From the NCBI RefSeq assembly GCF_009914755.1, contig NC_060935.1: a stretch of 64,000 bases of DNA; one strand, 5' to 3'. Source of the DNA: the human T2T-CHM13v2.0 reference genome, Homo sapiens. Position numbers and translations under genes: made by a program. The notes below the pieces were generated by a model. It saw nothing but the letters and a program-made list of their open reading frames with translations. It had not been told where the DNA came from and ran no database searches. This document shows, piece by piece, positions 61,203 through 64,000 of the stretch. How positions within the stretch are numbered: position 1 is the stretch's first letter; every line of letters begins with the position of its first letter.

Positions 61203-61574
61203 TACATCTCTTAGCTAGGGCTGCTGTAACAAAATACCATAGACTGAGTGGTTTAAATGACAGACATTTATTTGTCACAATTCTAGAGGCTGGAAAGTCC
61301 AAGATCAAGTTTAAGGCAGATTTGATTACTGTAAAGGCCCCATTCCTCAGCTGCAGCGGGTTTCCTTCTTTCTGTGTCCTCATATGATAGAGAAATAGCT
61401 CTGGTCATTGTTCCTCTTCTTAAAGGGACACTAATTTCACCATGGGGTCTTCACCTTCGTGACATCATCTAAACCTAGTTACTTCCCAACAACCCCATCT
61501 TCTAATACCATCACAATGGGAGTTAAGGCTTCAACACATGAATTTGGGAGAACACAGATATTTAGTCCATAACA
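61203..61574 (-). mobile_element. MaLR solo LTR (MLT1A/B-like)
   Basis: 'gggctgctgtaacaaaataccatagactg', 'aagtccaagatcaag', ends 'agtccataaca'. Confidence 0.88.
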
Positions 61575-61866
61575 GTGTGTTTTGTATTTACTCACATATT
61601 TACTATTTCTAGAACTCTTTAATCTTTTTGTCGTAGATCCAAATTTATTCTGTGTGAAGAACTTCCATAAACTTTCAGTGTTCTTTAAGTGTGTTGATGA
61701 CTAATTTTCTTAGCTTTTGTTTGCTTGCAAAGGTCTTTATTACACATTTCTTATGAAAATATATTCTCACTGGATGTCAAATTATAGTTTTACAGTTTTT
61801 CTTTCAGTAGTTTAAAATTTTCTCTCACCTTTCTTGTTTAAATATTTTCTATGGAGAATATCATAG

Positions 61867-62249
<383 letters not shown>

Positions 62250-62451
62250 AAACTTTTTGAGATTATTTTGTTAATCCCTGGTTTTCATCCATTTTGATTA
62301 AGATGTGCTTTGTTAGGGTTTTCTTTATGGTCTTCCTCTTGGAATTTGTTGAGTTTCTTAGGTATATGATGTTATGGTTTTGCTCATCTTTGGAAAGATG
62401 CCAGCCATAATTTAGCTATTGTTTCTTCAAATGAGTTGTTTTTTGACCCCC

Positions 62452-62800
62452 TTTTACTTTTTCTTTTCTTTTCTTACTTTCTTCTTTCTTTTCTTTTTTT
62501 TTTTAAGTTTTGTTTTGTTTTTGAGGTGGAGTCTCGCTTTGTCGCCCATGCTGGAGTGCAGTGGCATGATCTCGGCTCACTACAACCTCTGCCTCCCAGG
62601 TTCAAGCATTTCTCCTGTCTCAGCCTCCCGAGTGAGTAGCTGGGACTACAGGCACGTGCCACCAAGCCTGGCTAATTATTTGTATTTTTTATACAGACAG
62701 GGTTTTGCCATGTTGGCTAGTCTGGTCTCGAACTCCTGGCCTCAGGTGATCCACCTGCCTCAGCCTCCCAAAGTGCTGGGATTACAGGTGATGCCTGGCC
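62452..62800 (-). mobile_element. AluS (Sx/Sz-like)
   Basis: Antisense dimer with long T-rich tail. Confidence 0.95.
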
Positions 62801-64000
62801 CTTTTACTCTTTCTTCTTTTGCTTGGGACTCAAATTATTTGTATGTTGTATTGCTTGATATTATTCTATATGTTTCTGAGACTTCATTTTTCCCTCTCTT
62901 TGCTTCATTGTGGTCAGATTCTATTGCTGTGTCTGCACTTTCACTGATCTGTCATCTGAACTGCCTAATTTCCTGCTTGGGTTTTCATCCATTACAGAGA
63001 ATATAAGCAGTATGCTGTACAAAACTGCACGATGTACTTCCTCATTTCTCATCTCTTAGGGATCACTATCATACACTGTCTGTTTTCTATAGTCTAAAAC
63101 AGTTATTTTATAAATTGTTGGGGATTTTATTATTTTTTTGTTTAGTGAAAAAATATTTTTTTTTGGATGGAATGGAAATATTTCCTCAGTAGATTTTGAT
63201 AATAGTTTCATTATATTGATCTTCTGTTATAATTTCTAACATTCATCTTTCTCAACAAATATTTATTGAGAATCTATTATGCTAGGCTTTAAAGAACTTG
63301 TCCTCAAGGAGCCAGCCTACTATACAGATTAAAAAATACTACGAAATAAGGCAGGGCTTGTAGCAGAAATGTTGAAAGGGTGCAGGTGGAGACCAAAGAG
63401 AAACATGGTGGTAATTTCAACAGAAATATATGTGATGCAGACAGAGATGAACAACTATTTTCCATGAGATGGTGTAACCAGACCAAAAAAGAGAAGTTTA
63501 TAAATGAGGTGTTTTTTTTCCTAAGATACAAACACTTTTAATTTGATATGTTGATTTCAGAAAGCTGAGATAAATTCTATATCCCTTAAGAAATTCCCTG
63601 GAAATACACACACACACACACCACCCTGACATAATACTTCCATTAAAGGTTTGGCAATATAGCTGAGGAAAATGTGTAAATAAATAAATTTAAAGAAGTC
63701 TTCTAGAACTGAGTAGGAAGGGATAAGTAAGTGTTGAATTTCAAGCACAGCAGAAAGAATGGCCAGTTCTACCTGAGCAAGCAGGAAATCTTGATTAGAA
63801 TATTGTTCATGTTTCTGATTCTAAAAATTTAATACTTCTTGGCTGGGTGGGTTGGTGAAATGTGTGGTGTTGATGGAATATTATGGGAAAACAAAATGAA
63901 AAGTCGTAGAGACATGAGTCAGGTTTCTGTGCTTTGTAATCTAGAAGAAAAGTTAAATGGAAAGAATTCAGAGTGTTGTGGAGATAAGAGGTGTTGTTAG

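Noticed and set aside
62419-63006. 195-aa ORF, the longest in the window
   Set aside because: It is a read-through of an antisense Alu and its T-rich tail (typical '[11 protein letters not shown]' Alu translation), not a gene.

Overview
AT-rich, CpG-depleted primate genomic DNA, most likely human or great ape because it carries AluY and L1PA2/PA3-type 3' ends. I see no intact protein-coding gene, tRNA, rRNA or CRISPR array. The only ORFs with recognisable protein homology are LINE-1 ORF2p fragments; the rest are Alu, microsatellite or random ORFs. The window reads as intronic or intergenic sequence dominated by layered interspersed repeats (Alu J/S/Y, young and old L1, MaLR/ERVL LTRs, MIR, L2), broken by a few repeat-free, motif-dense blocks that may be enhancers or non-coding exons. 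The main structure that repeat annotation does not explain is a ~600-bp non-Alu inverted duplication (46661-47251 / 48380-48988). It encloses a 1.13-kb loop with a 3' splice-site-like sequence directly upstream of a (GT)25 tract. Other notable items are a twin-primed 5'-inverted L1PA with a 16-bp TSD, a TSD-flanked L1MA lacking all of ORF2, a ~66-bp dispersed duplication, and several small template-switch-like scars. Subfamily names come from my recall of consensus sequences, and percent identities are estimated by eye, not computed. I cannot demonstrate a new biological system from sequence alone.
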